DNA of 64,000 bases from Rotaria socialis (lineage: Eukaryota): assembly GCA_905331295.1 (NCBI GenBank), contig CAJNYD010000242.1, positions 1-64,000 on the forward strand. The letters are read 5' to 3'. The notes beneath the pieces were generated by a model. That model did not search any database, had not been told where the DNA came from, and was given only the letters and a program-made list of their open reading frames with translations. Shown here one piece after another: positions 31,339 through 44,082 of this stretch (the stretch's first letter is position 1; each line of letters starts with the position of its first letter). A program made the position numbers and the translations under genes.

Positions 31339-32252
31339 TTATTTGATAGAAAATCGTTGAACACGATTATTCCAATGATCGCCGACATAGAGATTACCAT
31401 GTCGATCGAAAGACAAGCCAATGGGGACGTTGAATTGATTTGCTTCTGTTCCTTCGCCATTTCCACCCGCAACTACAGTGCCTTGTTTTGCTTCTTGAGT
31501 CAAACGCATTACACGATGATTAAACGTGTCTGCTACATAGAGTGTACCCAATGTATCGACGAAGAGTCCATTGGGACTATTCAATTGCGTCAGAGCATTC
31601 CCTAGGCCTTCTCCTCCAGCAACCACAATACCTTCTTTTGCACCTTTATTCCATTTCATTACACGATGATTTTCGTTGTCCGATACGTAGACATTCTGTT
31701 GTCGATCGACAAAGAGATATGTCGGAAACTTGAGTTGATTGAGTTCATCCCCTTCGCCATTACCACCAGCTACGAGAATGCCATTCTTCTCATCCAATTG
31801 ATATCGTTTTACTTCATGTTTTACGTAGTCAGAGAGGTAGAGATATCTCCGTTCATCCATTACTAATCCCCAACAATCAATGTTGTCGATGAGTATTTTA
31901 CCTTGTGTTGTACCACTACGACGAGACCATCGTACAACTTGTTGATTCCCTCGATCGCAAATAATGAGACTATCCGTCTCTTTGTCAATTAATACATCAG
32001 TTGGATATTGTAATTGATTTAATCCAGTTTCATTGCTTTTGCCACCAGCGACAACTTGTCCATTCGTTGTGTTACCGTTCTTCCATTGCATGATACGATG
32101 ATTCTCGTAGTCAGCAACAACCACTGTTTGATCGTCATCAACGAAGATACCAAAAGGGTTTCTGAGTTGATTAGTGTCATTCCCCTCCTCTTTGCTGCCT
32201 TCAGCAATAGTCACACCATTCTGCACCCACGTGGCATTAGCAGGAATATTAA
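31339..32252 (-). CDS. NHL-repeat beta-propeller protein, paralogue of 266-1188; terminal exon, 5' exon not found
   Basis: Same acceptor context (tctcttctag) and VNIPANATWVQNGVTIA start. Long shared peptides such as PTDVLIDKETDSLIICD and YLFVDRQQNVYVSD. Confidence 0.9.
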
Positions 32253-32850
32253 CTAGAAGAGAAAACATAAGAATAAAAGTAGATCTCTCTCTTTGTCGCT
32301 TATGTGTACTGCGTTAGAAAAGACGCCATGGAAAGTGTGAAAATAAATACTCTCGAGCACTCTCAGCTTATCCAATAGCATATGAAATCAACATCTGATT
32401 TCCAATATACAGAGCGAAATTTCTTCAACAGATCATTTTTTTAGCAATTCAAGAAGATTCCCCTAAAAAGATTCTTTAGAAAACTTAAAGGGAATTATTC
32501 TAAGGCAACTGTCTTTCAACACTGACATATTCTTTTGAAATGAAATACTCAATGATCGTAATCTATAATGAGAAAAGTTATTTTTGTTGACGATTAGAAG
32601 TAGAAAACTGAAAAAATTATATTACGAAACTTTTATCGACAGGATTGCATTTTACTTAATCTCAAGTGAGAAAAGAGGTAATGATGACGATGAATTACAT
32701 GACTAGAGTCTAGACTCTAGATCAATACGTCCATAACTCTGTGATTAAGTCTAGTTCAATTGTGTATATCCATCGGCACTCACACCCTTGAATGCAATGT
32801 ATTTATTATGAAAACAAGTCGAACTATAAAATTTCTTCTCAAAATATTCA

Positions 32851-33209
32851 TATCATAGACATATTTAACTGAAAATGAAGGCCAAATTCAGATCGAAACA
32901 TCTTCACTGTTTTTTTTTTAAAGTATTAGATATCGAAAAATATCTAAGCAAAACAGAGTCTACTTCTAAGTCCTATTTTATCAGTGCTATTTATTTTTTC
33001 TTAAATAGTGAATATGAATTAGAATGCANATCATAGACATATTTAACTGAAAATGAAGGCCAAATTCAGATCGAAACATCTTCACTGTTTTTTTTTTTAA
33101 AAGTATTAGATATCGAAAAATATCTAAGCAAAACAGAGTCTACTTCTAAGTCCTATTTTTATCAGTGGTATTTATTTTTTCTTAAATAGTGAATATGAAT
33201 TAGAATGCA
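32851..33209. repeat. ~180-bp near-identical direct duplication around an N (probable scaffold-gap overlap)
   Basis: 32851-33028 is repeated at 33030-33209, with a single n at 33029. Confidence 0.85.
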
Positions 33210-34093
33210 ATGAATCTATTGACAAGAATCTACTTATTCTAATGTAGCTTCAAGAAATAGAATTTGGTAAAAAAGAAGAAAAATATAAGATGTCCAATTT
33301 TTTGAAAATCGATGCATAAAGTTAATGAAGAAAATAGAAGTATTCTTAATTAGAGATAGGAGAAATGGATGAGATTGCCAAATAGGCTGTCTTACAACAT
33401 ATCTTTCACCGTTATCGGTGTGTGAGAGTGATACAAAGCAAATGGTAGAGATGAAAACAAAAGATCTAAATTCGATACTTTTTTCAATGAACATCGATAG
33501 ATGATTTTCTCGGCAATCATTTAACTTAGAATCGTTTGCACATTATTACGAAAAGTACATCGATCATAAGAAATTGAAAATCCAAGCCTGTGCAAGAAAT
33601 GTTCTCTATTGGCGTGATAAAAATAACGTCGTTCAAAAGTATAAATCAATAATTCTTGAAACGTGTCATTTTGAATATAAAATATTTCAGATCGATATGT
33701 GCATGAATAAAATAGGACATACGGTGGTACCTTACTGTTGATGCAATTTTCAGAGTCAGAGTTTCAGTCTAGGACGTAGCATTTTAATATATTCGACAAA
33801 ATATGTTATGCAGTCAAAATGCCATAATGATAAACCTGTCGCAATCTGTATTGCACAGTAATCATTTTGAATTCGTAATTCTCACTATAAATTTCATAAC
33901 TCATAGAATAAAGTGTTTTCTGATAATTTGAATTCATTAATGATTGAATAGATAGCAAGAAAAAAACTACTTTTAACAGGTTTTTTCACACTGGGAATAT
34001 CTCAAATATAGAATGAATTAAGTGTCTGACGAATACAAAGGTCGCTTTTCAACAGCGCAACAATGCGCCTGGTGCTAACATATTCTGAACTCT

Positions 34094-36043
34094 CTACAGA
34101 CAATATCTGGGACAATACTTACCTTGCATTGATTCGAAATATGTTCCATAGATTATGTAGAGCTTGATGTCATCACACCAGTAATTGCTCATATTGCTAT
34201 GATTTGTAGTAGCATTGAACTGGATAAATACTTCAAGTTCCCACATATTATTGTGTAAAAGCAAATTGATTTGCTTTTCATTCGAGCCTGCAAATGCAAG
34301 ATATATGAAATTCATTAGTAGCATATTGAAGCTTACTTAAAGTTTCTTTGGAAGACACTGATTTATTCTTGTGTAATCCTTTTAGGTCTATCGATACGCC
34401 GGTGCTCATTTTTGCACTTAGTACGGCTTCAGAAAATGTCCACAAATTTGAATTCCACTTATCTGATAAACGGACACGCTGGTACATAGTAGCTCCAGTA
34501 GAGAGTGATTGTAAGGTGAACTGGCAATTTGAATTACTGCTGTTAGATATGACCGAAGAGATATTACCATTGCTCACTGTCCAACTACTAATATGAGAAA
34601 TATTACAATCAGCTTGGCCATTGGTGATCAAGTTCTCATCATGAGCATGGTTTCCATTTGGTAATACAGTGTCTTGAATAGAGAGAGCATTATTCAATTC
34701 ACTCTTTGCCATATTGGCACTAATGAAAGTAGTCTGATACAGGTTAGCACGAGAAAAATTAACTTGATTCAATGTAGCTGCTTGGAATACAGCATCCTTA
34801 AGATTTGAGTGCCCAAAGTTACAATCGGATAGCACAGCATAATTGAATCTAGATGTAACACAACTGGATTGGTGAAAGTTCGAATTAGATATTTTGGCCT
34901 TGTAGAACATGGCTAAAACTGAAGAGTAATTAAAATAATAACTTCAAGAAAAAAATTAATATTGCAATCAACATTACTTAAAAGAGTGGATGTAAAATTA
35001 ACTTTCATGAACTGAGCGTATGAAAAAACGGGCTTGCGCAACTCAGCAGACGAAAAATCAACATCATTGAGGATCGCAGTTGAGAATATGGCATTGAAGA
35101 GTACCGCGTGTGAAAAATTGACATTAGAAAGTGAAGCGGATGAAAAATCAGCATTATAAAGCACAGAGAACGAGAAATCAACATTGACGAGGGAGCTGAA
35201 TGTAAAATTGAGATCATGAATATTTTCAGATGAAAAATATACCGTGTTCAGTTTCGTCTTTAAAAAATTAACTTTGACAAACTTAGTTGAAGAAAAATTA
35301 GCATCTTTAAATGTAGCCCCAGCGAAAATGGTATTGGACAAAGAAGTGGATGCAAAGCTAGTATTATTGAAGGCAGCAGATGAAAAATTGGCATTATTGA
35401 TCTCTGCTAATAAAAAATTAGCCGTGTTGAACTGAGTAAGAGCAAAATTAACATGTGCCATCGTGATGCCTATAAACGTAGCATTCGATAGGAAAATATC
35501 GGTCAACGATAGGTTATTCAATATTTTTTTATTGATAGATGATTCACGGAAATCAATATCACTAAGTTCTGCTGTTGAAAGATCGAGTGAACGATTTTCC
35601 GGTGTATCAGTGAGTTGTTTCGCTTCGTAGAGAAATCGAATAATGTGAACATTGCGTTGCGCGTCTAGTTGACGAAAGATATTCAGGGTCTGAACTCGAG
35701 CAAGCGTAATTGCGACTTTACTTGATATTATTTCTCCATGGTTCTCCTTTAGTAGTTTACCCATTTCCTTAATATAAGCGTCGAAACGATCGTTTTGATA
35801 TCTTTTACTATCTAGGTTGCTTGCTTGATCCCGCTGCTGTTGCGCTGCCTCTCGGTCGTCATTACGTTGTTGTTTAGCTGCAGTTTGTTGTTGAAAAGTA
35901 ATCACAATAGTAAAGATGCCTAATGTAAGTGGCAACAGTAAAGAGGAAATAAATCTGAGACCGCCTCTGAATTTCACACTTTTTTGGTCACGAGTTTCAA
36001 TGGCAGATCCATCCATTTGTATAATTTGTTCTGGAACAGCCAT
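34094..36043 (-). CDS. Membrane-anchored pentapeptide-repeat protein, at least 3 exons; 3' end approximate
   Basis: N-terminal TM (LLLPLTLGIFTIVITF), Q-rich coil, then FDAYIKEMGKLL...LARVQTLNIFRQLDAQRNVHIIRFLYEAKQL. Long A(N/D)F(S/T)xA pentapeptide run; C-terminal domain ENLITNGQADC...YWCDDIKLYI. Confidence 0.88.
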
Positions 36044-37830
36044 TCGCGCTTCTTAGTTTGATTCGTTGCAATAAACGAATAAACAATGAATACCGATTAA
36101 AGGTGAAACTGAATTTTTTTTATTGTTGATAGTTTTCGATAGACAAAGTGTGTTTGTAGCCCTATGAGATTATACGATCTTAAATTCATAAGAAACATGC
36201 TCTAATGCCGTTTGGTTTGCTTACAGTATCCGTTCGTGTTTTGATAAATAATATGTGACAAACTAATGCACATTTGCTGACTCTATGTTTTGTCACATAT
36301 GAATGCCAATTGACATGAGAATTTGTTAACATGAAAAATCCTCGAGAAAAACAGATCGTATTTCTTTTTGTGCACATTTGAGGACTGTCTAACTGGGTTT
36401 CGTGGAATAAGCAGGAAGTATTTCTGAGTCATATCATCCCGTACTACGGGATTTTGTTCGAAAAAATGAATTTCCAACTGACACGCTCTTGTAAACTTTG
36501 AACTGATCTATTTCGGGGCATGCTCTAATATTCAATGATACTTCATTGATATCAAAACTATCTACGTATATGTGCAGATACACTTCTTTAAATAAACACG
36601 AGACTGAATATCTGAAATCTTTTACGAAATTCTACTCGTAAGTAAACGATTCGGTAATACCATCTGATACCTTCATCAAAATTTTCAAAACCTATTCAAT
36701 CGGATACTATTGAAGAGCAGCGTTTATGCCATGGACTTCTCATTTTCAATAGATTTCTTATGAAGGATTTAAACGCTAGTTTGAATTGTTCTATACAATG
36801 AAGATAGGTAAAAAGAGTGTTGCGACTAATTCCTTCCAGTTACTTGCAGCTCTAGTTCTCATTCACATAAAAACATTTTTCGATACTTTTGTACGAGTAA
36901 TGTGTAAGAGAGCTATGAACTGGAAAAAGCTTGTACAAATGCATTGTTGAGGAGCAAAAAATCTCTCCATAATTCAGAGATACTATCGAGTATCCAATGG
37001 AACCCTTCTACTTACTAGCTAAGGAGGATATTCTTTATTCTAAGAATAGTACTAACTTTATAAATTCACCATTTTTAAAAATCTTATCGCTCACGGTCTC
37101 GTTCAGTAGAGATCAATATACAAAGTAGCATCAAACAAAATTGCTAGAGAAATGTTTGATCAGCGTTATTCACTAGGGTGTGGTCTTCTACAGCTTGAAA
37201 AACATTCATTGGCGTCAAATGAAGTCAAATGTCGCTGGTTTCATCGGGACAAACGTGTTTCAAGAAAAAGTTTAATAAACATGATAGAATCTATTTCAAT
37301 TCAAACAATGCTACTTTTATAATTTATTCATCGCTATGAAAACAATAAATAAAATGATACAACAGAGCCAGTTGATCATATTTCATCATAACTAATTCTT
37401 TTTGAATTATTGGATTACATCATGATGTAAAGTCACGCCTATGGCTAATAGAGTGAATAGCTAGTGTGTATGGAAAATTCAGTATAGAAACATTGTATCA
37501 AACTCCATTCATAAGGAATCTCACTCTAACAATAGAACCGAATAATTCTTATGAGACATTCTACTTCATACAATAAGAAAAACTAATCAAGACGATCATT
37601 TTCAAATTTAAGTTTGGAATCGTTGTTGGCAACAGTAAATATTCATGCTACTGACTCGAAACTTATTGTACTATCTTTGCTAATGAAACTCAAGCTTTTG
37701 CAGCAATTGATATTTGCCAATGTTTGTCTCTCACTTGTCTTCTTGTTGACTGACTCGAGAAGAAATGACGACCTAAATATAATTAGGTGAGTCAACAGCG
37801 CAATACGACAACGTTATTTTTTCATTCTTT

Positions 37831-37890
37831 GTGGGTGTGGGTGTGTGGGAGTTAAGCGAAGATGGACAGCAACACTCACGCCCACACCCC
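37831..37890. repeat. Small inverted repeat with TGTGGG-type arms
   Basis: GTGGGTGTGGGTGTGTGGG ... CACTCACGCCCACACCCC. Confidence 0.6.
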
Positions 37891-38448
37891 CTACGGAGAA
37901 ACTCGATGATGCTGTGTTTCTTGTAAATTATCATCGGCTTATTTTGTTGTTTCGTATAGCAACTTATGGAATCGTCTTGTTTAGATGAAAATGGGAACAA
38001 AAGAATGGGTAAATCTTAGTCTTATTGGGAAGATTAATGGCAGCAGTTGTGATGATTGCACAAAACCTGTAGTCACATAATGATTATTGAATTTCATTGC
38101 GAATGCTACTCTTTTTTTTTTAATAAAGCATTATCCGTCATGTATTCTTTAATTGTTTTTGCTTTGATCTTCGAAGGCTGACAAATAGTTACATGTTGAG
38201 TCTTACGGGTGTTCATTAGTTATTCGTTTTTGTTGCAAGAAAAAGATAAAAAAGTCACTGGGTTTTAAAAACCATAGTATAGAACGCCATCTATTAGGCT
38301 AAGACATAGAGATAATCATTCTTTTGAGCATATTTTAATTGGATATGGCCTATAAAGATCTGTTCTTCTTCATCATACTTTTATCTCTATATCTACAAAC
38401 TAATTTATCTCCAGCAGTAGCAAAATAAACTTGATTGTATTACTAACT

Positions 38449-40935
38449 ATGGATATTGATACAACTGCCGATTTCAAAGCACGACTGCAAACTATGATTG
38501 CTTATCAAGATATACTTATAAAAAATAATTTCTTAGCACAAAGTTCTTGTGATCAAGGTTGTAGTCAAAATTCTTACATCTAAATATAGTTATGTTAATC
38601 AGATTGACTAATCTGAATTTATTTTTTTCGGATAGAATTTAGTACTTTGTTAATCTTTCACAATGATCTACGTCGTAAATATGCTGATTTACGTTCACAA
38701 ACTGATCAATTGGATCGATATATTGAACACTACCGAGCAGAATCAGAACGCAAAGATAAAAAAATTCAATCTCAAAGGTAACTTTGTTTCTATGAATTAT
38801 TTAATTAAATTTGTTTTTCTTGTTTAAATTCAGTTCACAAATTCTTCGATTAACTCAACATAACAAACGAAACAATGAACGTCTTACTGAATTACAACGA
38901 TGGTTCGATCGAGTAAAAGATTCAATAACCGAACAGAGTACTTATAATAAACTATATGACATACTTCGGTTGGTTTCTAATTGAATTCAAAAGCAAAACT
39001 CAATAGTTTTTTTCTTCTTCTAGGAATTCTCATATGTCTGAAGGAGAAACAACAGCTGATCTATCGGACAGATATTGTACTGGAGATGAACTTGATGTTG
39101 ATTATTCTCATATGCCTAAAGTTGTTAGCCAATCCGCCGGTATCGGTGAAATAAAAAGACTCACTGATACAAATGATATTGATTTAAAACTCCATAAAGT
39201 GAATATCTATCAATAGATTACTATGAATATTAGATTTTGTTTTTTTTAGTCTCCTGTGAATATTTCAACAAGCAACGATAGAAGTGTGAACAAAAATAAA
39301 CTGGAATCTAATCAGTTACGTACGTCACCAATTCCTGTATCATCGCGAAAGTCTCTGTCGATTCATCAAAGACCAAAACAAAGGATACGAAAACCATCAA
39401 AAGAATTTCTAAATACGAAATCAGGTTGAAACTTTTGTTTAGAATAAATTTAATACATACTCAGAGTACTGTTTTTTGTCTTGTAGAAGAATTAGAATTA
39501 AGTATCGATGATCAATTTTGGTCAAAACATATCGAAGGCCATCATGAACAAAAATCTCTATCACCTATCAATTCAGCATTACCAAAATTAATCAGTCCAA
39601 CAATAGAACAGAAAACTTTAACACCATCAACACTAGCATCAAATTTTAATAGTAACTCAAGTCCATCTAATATTACTAAATTACATTCCAGAGGTCACAA
39701 TTTTATTTCAAGAAATATCCTCATACCAGAAACATGCTGTGTTGTACGTTGAAAAGACAGAAAGAAAATGAATTCGATATTCCTCTTTGTTTTTAGTGTC
39801 TTAAACGTATTCATTTCGGTAAATTAGCTTATCGTTGTCAAGGATGCAACGCTTTATGTCATACGGGCTGTAAGGAAAATTGCACAACCCTCTGTTTACC
39901 AAATGTAAAAACACCGAATCGTGGTGCTGTGTGCAAATTTAGTCCACGTGAACCAAATCAATTGCAAATACCGGCTTTACTCGTGCATTGTATTAATGAA
40001 ATAGAACAACGTGGATTACAAGAAATTGGACTTTATCGATTGAATGTGTACGTTGAGACGGTTCTGAATTATTACTTTTGATGAGCAATTTATAGTGAGA
40101 CTGAGAGTATAGTTTCTTGTTCCTCAGACAACTAACACCAGTCATTAAAGTATAATAATATACGACGTGTATAGAAAGTCAATGAATACTAACGAATGAT
40201 CTCGTGCATAAAAAATCCGATTAACTTTTTATCAAATAATGGAATATCTAATCGATGAGTTTCTTTTTAGTATTGAAAGTCAAGCAAAAGAACTTAAAGA
40301 TCGTATACTTAAATCTCGTACAGGTTTATTTGATCTATCACATTACAACGATATACATTTGATATGTGGTGTTGTCAAAGATTTTCTTCGTTCATTATCT
40401 GAATCTTTATTAACCGATGCTCTATGGAAATCATTCGCATCTGCTGTCGACGAAGAATTCGATTCAATAAAACATCAAAAGTTTGATTCACTTATTCATC
40501 AATTACCAAAACCAAATCGTGATACATTAGCATTTATTATTCTTCATCTACAGCGTGTGTCGACATCGGCAATTTGTCGAATGCCGATATTAAATTTAAG
40601 CCGAACAATGGTAAATAAAGAGAAAAATAATCTGATTTTGTTTTCAATAAATATATTTCTAGGGTCCATCTGTTATTGGCTATTCATCAAAACATGTATC
40701 CGGTATTGATCTTGTTAGTGAAACATATAAACAGACAAAACTACTTGAATTTTTTCTTCAAATGCCATCGAGTTATTGGAGTAAATTTCTTGAAATTAAT
40801 AATTCTAATATGTCAACAACACCGATTACTAAAGATCAAATTGGTACACCTGTTCTTATACGTCAATTTCATTTTCAAAATACACCAACAATAAATTATC
40901 CAGCTCCTTCAACGACATTTTTTTCTCCCATATAA
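38449..40935 (+). CDS. RACGAP1: Rac GTPase-activating protein 1 (MgcRacGAP/CYK-4, centralspindlin subunit), multi-exon
   Basis: N-terminal coiled coil. C1 domain HNFISRNILIPETCCVCLKRIHFGKLAYRCQGCNALCHTGCKENC. RhoGAP domain IPALLVHCINEIEQRGLQEIGLYR...DIHLICGVVKDFLRSL...LPKPNRDTLAFIILHLQRV. Confidence 0.9.
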
Positions 40936-41939
40936 AGTTGATCAAATTTTGATCCATTTTTTTTATTGATTTGTAATATTTAAAACATTTTTATTTTATA
41001 AAGTTATTTTTCATTATTATCAATATGCGAACTGTAGTAGAGAATTACAAAAAAATAAATTCTAGTTACCACTGCAGGCTCAGCATTGTGCTTCACAATT
41101 ATAATGCTTGCATCATTTATTACGAGAAATATCGAGCATAATAAAATCGCTGTCTTTAGGCTATAAATTTGCTCTTAATTTTATTACTACTATCTCTGCG
41201 ATTGTTCAACAAGTAATAATCAATGTATGAAACACAGTCAGTTGAGTGTTCTAGATTGACCGATTTGTAAAACAGTAACAATCAAATATAGAGTAGTGAT
41301 AGCCATGATAGATGCTTTAGTGTTCTATTCCAATATTTTGTTTTCTTCTTTATCTTTCTCTTTTTTTTCCTTTGAGTTTCTTCTAACTACTTGCTAGTAT
41401 TTGTTCTGTAGGCATGCATAGATTTCTCGCCCTCTTTCTTTGGTATCGATGCTTATCTATTGATGCGATTGGATCGCTATCATGGGGTATGACTTTTCCC
41501 TGTGTCAAAAAATAACAGGTCGACATCGTTCTGATATTTATTCTGTAGGTTTCAAGAAAAAAAATCGGCATAACCCTTCTTTTCTTTTTTTTTCCTTTTG
41601 ACAACAATATGCTACTTGATGGTTCTTAGTATTGTCTCGGATGAAGAAAACCTATAGTAGTCGCATCCGAAATGAAATCGACGAGTTATATATGTTTTTT
41701 TAGATAGTCATAGTTATTATTAAAGAATAATGATGTTGTTCATGATATAGCAAGAAAAAATTACTAAAAACTTCATCGATACACGCAAACACGCGAAGAA
41801 AACAATATGGAAACATCAACCCGTGAAAAATTACATCAATTGAAAATAAATAATCAAGTTGCACAAAAGGTATTTTTTTATATTCCGGAATCAGTAAGAA
41901 AAAATTCTGACGGAAAACATTTGGGGATTCTACTCATTA

Positions 41940-42272
41940 CAGTGACGGCGGAGCCACTGAGACAGGTGAGGCTTGAGCCTCACCTAGTTTTCAGTAGATG
42001 AGGCTCAGCCTCACCTAGATTTCGCGATATGAGACTCAGCCTCACTTGCTTTTGTACTGAATATTGCTATTTTTTTGTTCTTGCATCAGAGTAGGAGCAA
42101 AGAAAAGTAGTTTTCGGTATTTTCCAATCTTCTTTCTTATGCTGACCATTTTTATTTTTACTGAAGTTCAAGAAAAAGAAGACTTATTTACTACTTGATG
42201 TTTCATAAAATCCCACGGTAGCAAAAAACTAAGATGAGCCTCACCTAACTTAATGACGCTCCGCCACCCCTG
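41940..42272. mobile_element. 333-bp hAT MITE with perfect 8-bp TSD
   Basis: TIR CAGTGACGGCGGAGC / GCTCCGCCACCCCTG. TSD ACTCATTA (41932-41939, 42273-42280). AGCCTCAC subterminal repeats. Confidence 0.93.
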
Positions 42273-44082
42273 ACTCATTATAACCCTATAGAAACTATTC
42301 GAAAAAGAGTGAAGTCTGTTGTAGCAATTGCAGGTCTTCGTGTACTGAATTAAGCGCATAAAGTATCAGTTGCTTGTGAAAATTCATAGTTCGCTAGACG
42401 ACTATACGCAATACCTGCAGCGTTGATTTAAAGGTCATTGTATTAGTTTGGGATTTTCGTACCATGAGCGACATCTTACGTAGAAATACTCAATCAAATA
42501 TTTTTTCTCTATCTGTAGTCGATTTAAATAGTCAGCAGATGTAATCAAATTGATTGAGAGATCATAGAAAGTTTCTTTTTTTTAAATTAGCGCTCTCTGT
42601 TCTATAACATATAACTGTTCGACAGCCACAACAGATATACCATTGGGAGCAGTTGATCAACTTATGATGTGCACATAGATGTGTGTATATATTTTCCGTC
42701 TATAGCATGTCCTACGGCTTCTATTAGCAACGTTGGCAGAGTTATACTAACAGTTGAAGATGTTATCATTATAATTTATGTAGTCAATAGCTTGAAATAA
42801 CGTAATAGCTGTCTATAATATAAAGTTATCGTTTAATGAGTGTTCTTATGAACTGACAATTCGAGTATCGGTTTCTATCGAAAAAGAAAAATTTCTTCTA
42901 TAAAAACATTTTATCGTTTTGATACACCAAAAAAAAACAAATTAGAGTCTACTGTTGCATAAACAACTATGGCATTTTTTTGTTTATAAATAGTTTTTCG
43001 CTCGTGCCATTTTTGTCCTGTTAGAAGAAAAACAGCGCATAGAAAATGGTCATAACTATATATATATAATCTTATTTTTGTTACATCCGAATAATGGAAT
43101 TCATCAAATATGAATATGCAAACGATACAAAAACCAGTGAAACATATTATCTTGCATTAAAAAACATATATTCCGTCTAAGTAGTATAGATTTTTCCGTT
43201 TAACAGCGTATAGTCATGAGCACATGCGTTACATGTAAATAATTATCGATTGGTTTTTCTTTTTGTTCTTCTAACAATACTCATTATAATATTTCTTTGT
43301 TTTTTAATATTGTCTTTGATTTTTCTCTTTCATCGTATATCACTTGAACTCGAGCAAGCAATCGACTGACGACATAAGCATCACTATGCGCGCCGAATTG
43401 TGCTAAAAGGCAGGCAATGGCTAAACAGAAGAAAAAAAAACAAGGAATGAAAACAGAAAACTATAGATGTGCATAAGATTTTCTTCCTTTACTCTCTTTT
43501 ATCGTTCTGTTCGGGGAGAGTCTTTCAGGCCGCAGCACAAGAAAGAAATGGCAACGTGTGCTGAGCCGTCCGAAGAAATTTCAACAAGCTACAGTAACCC
43601 ATCGTGTCGCGCCTCGTATTAGTTTTTTGTTTGACACATACATTCATTCATTTTCTTATGAATTCATAAAAGCGAAAAACTAATCGTAGACATAGATAAA
43701 AATCCATTTGAGAATGTTAGAAAATGACTTTATATAAATAGATCTTTTTTATCAAGATGCGTGGTGATTTTGCGAAAATATATCTTCTCATTCTCTATCA
43801 ACGAGTTTATTTCATCATTTTGTTTTCGTCACTATCTTTGTCATAATGCAAAATTTTTTTCCTCCCTTTCTCTACAGCAAGAGTCCAATTCCAATTCCAA
43901 TCGCAATACGCTCTCTTGCATCTTCGCTTACATATATATATATATGTGCAATCACGCTCACCTCATTTTTACGTTTGTCAATAGACATCCACTGTTGCAA
44001 TAGAAAGAAAACATTTATATAAATCGTTCGGTTTTTTTTCTTCATATAAGAACTGTTGATAATCTTATTCTAATCGCACAAA

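Noticed and set aside
32851..33209. 180-bp tandem duplication as a biological repeat
   Set aside because: The copies flank a single N and differ mainly in homopolymer lengths, typical of an unmerged contig overlap.
36560..37470. Coding-like composition upstream of the pentapeptide gene (possible old pseudogene)
   Set aside because: Only short fragments and no family assignable without a translated search.
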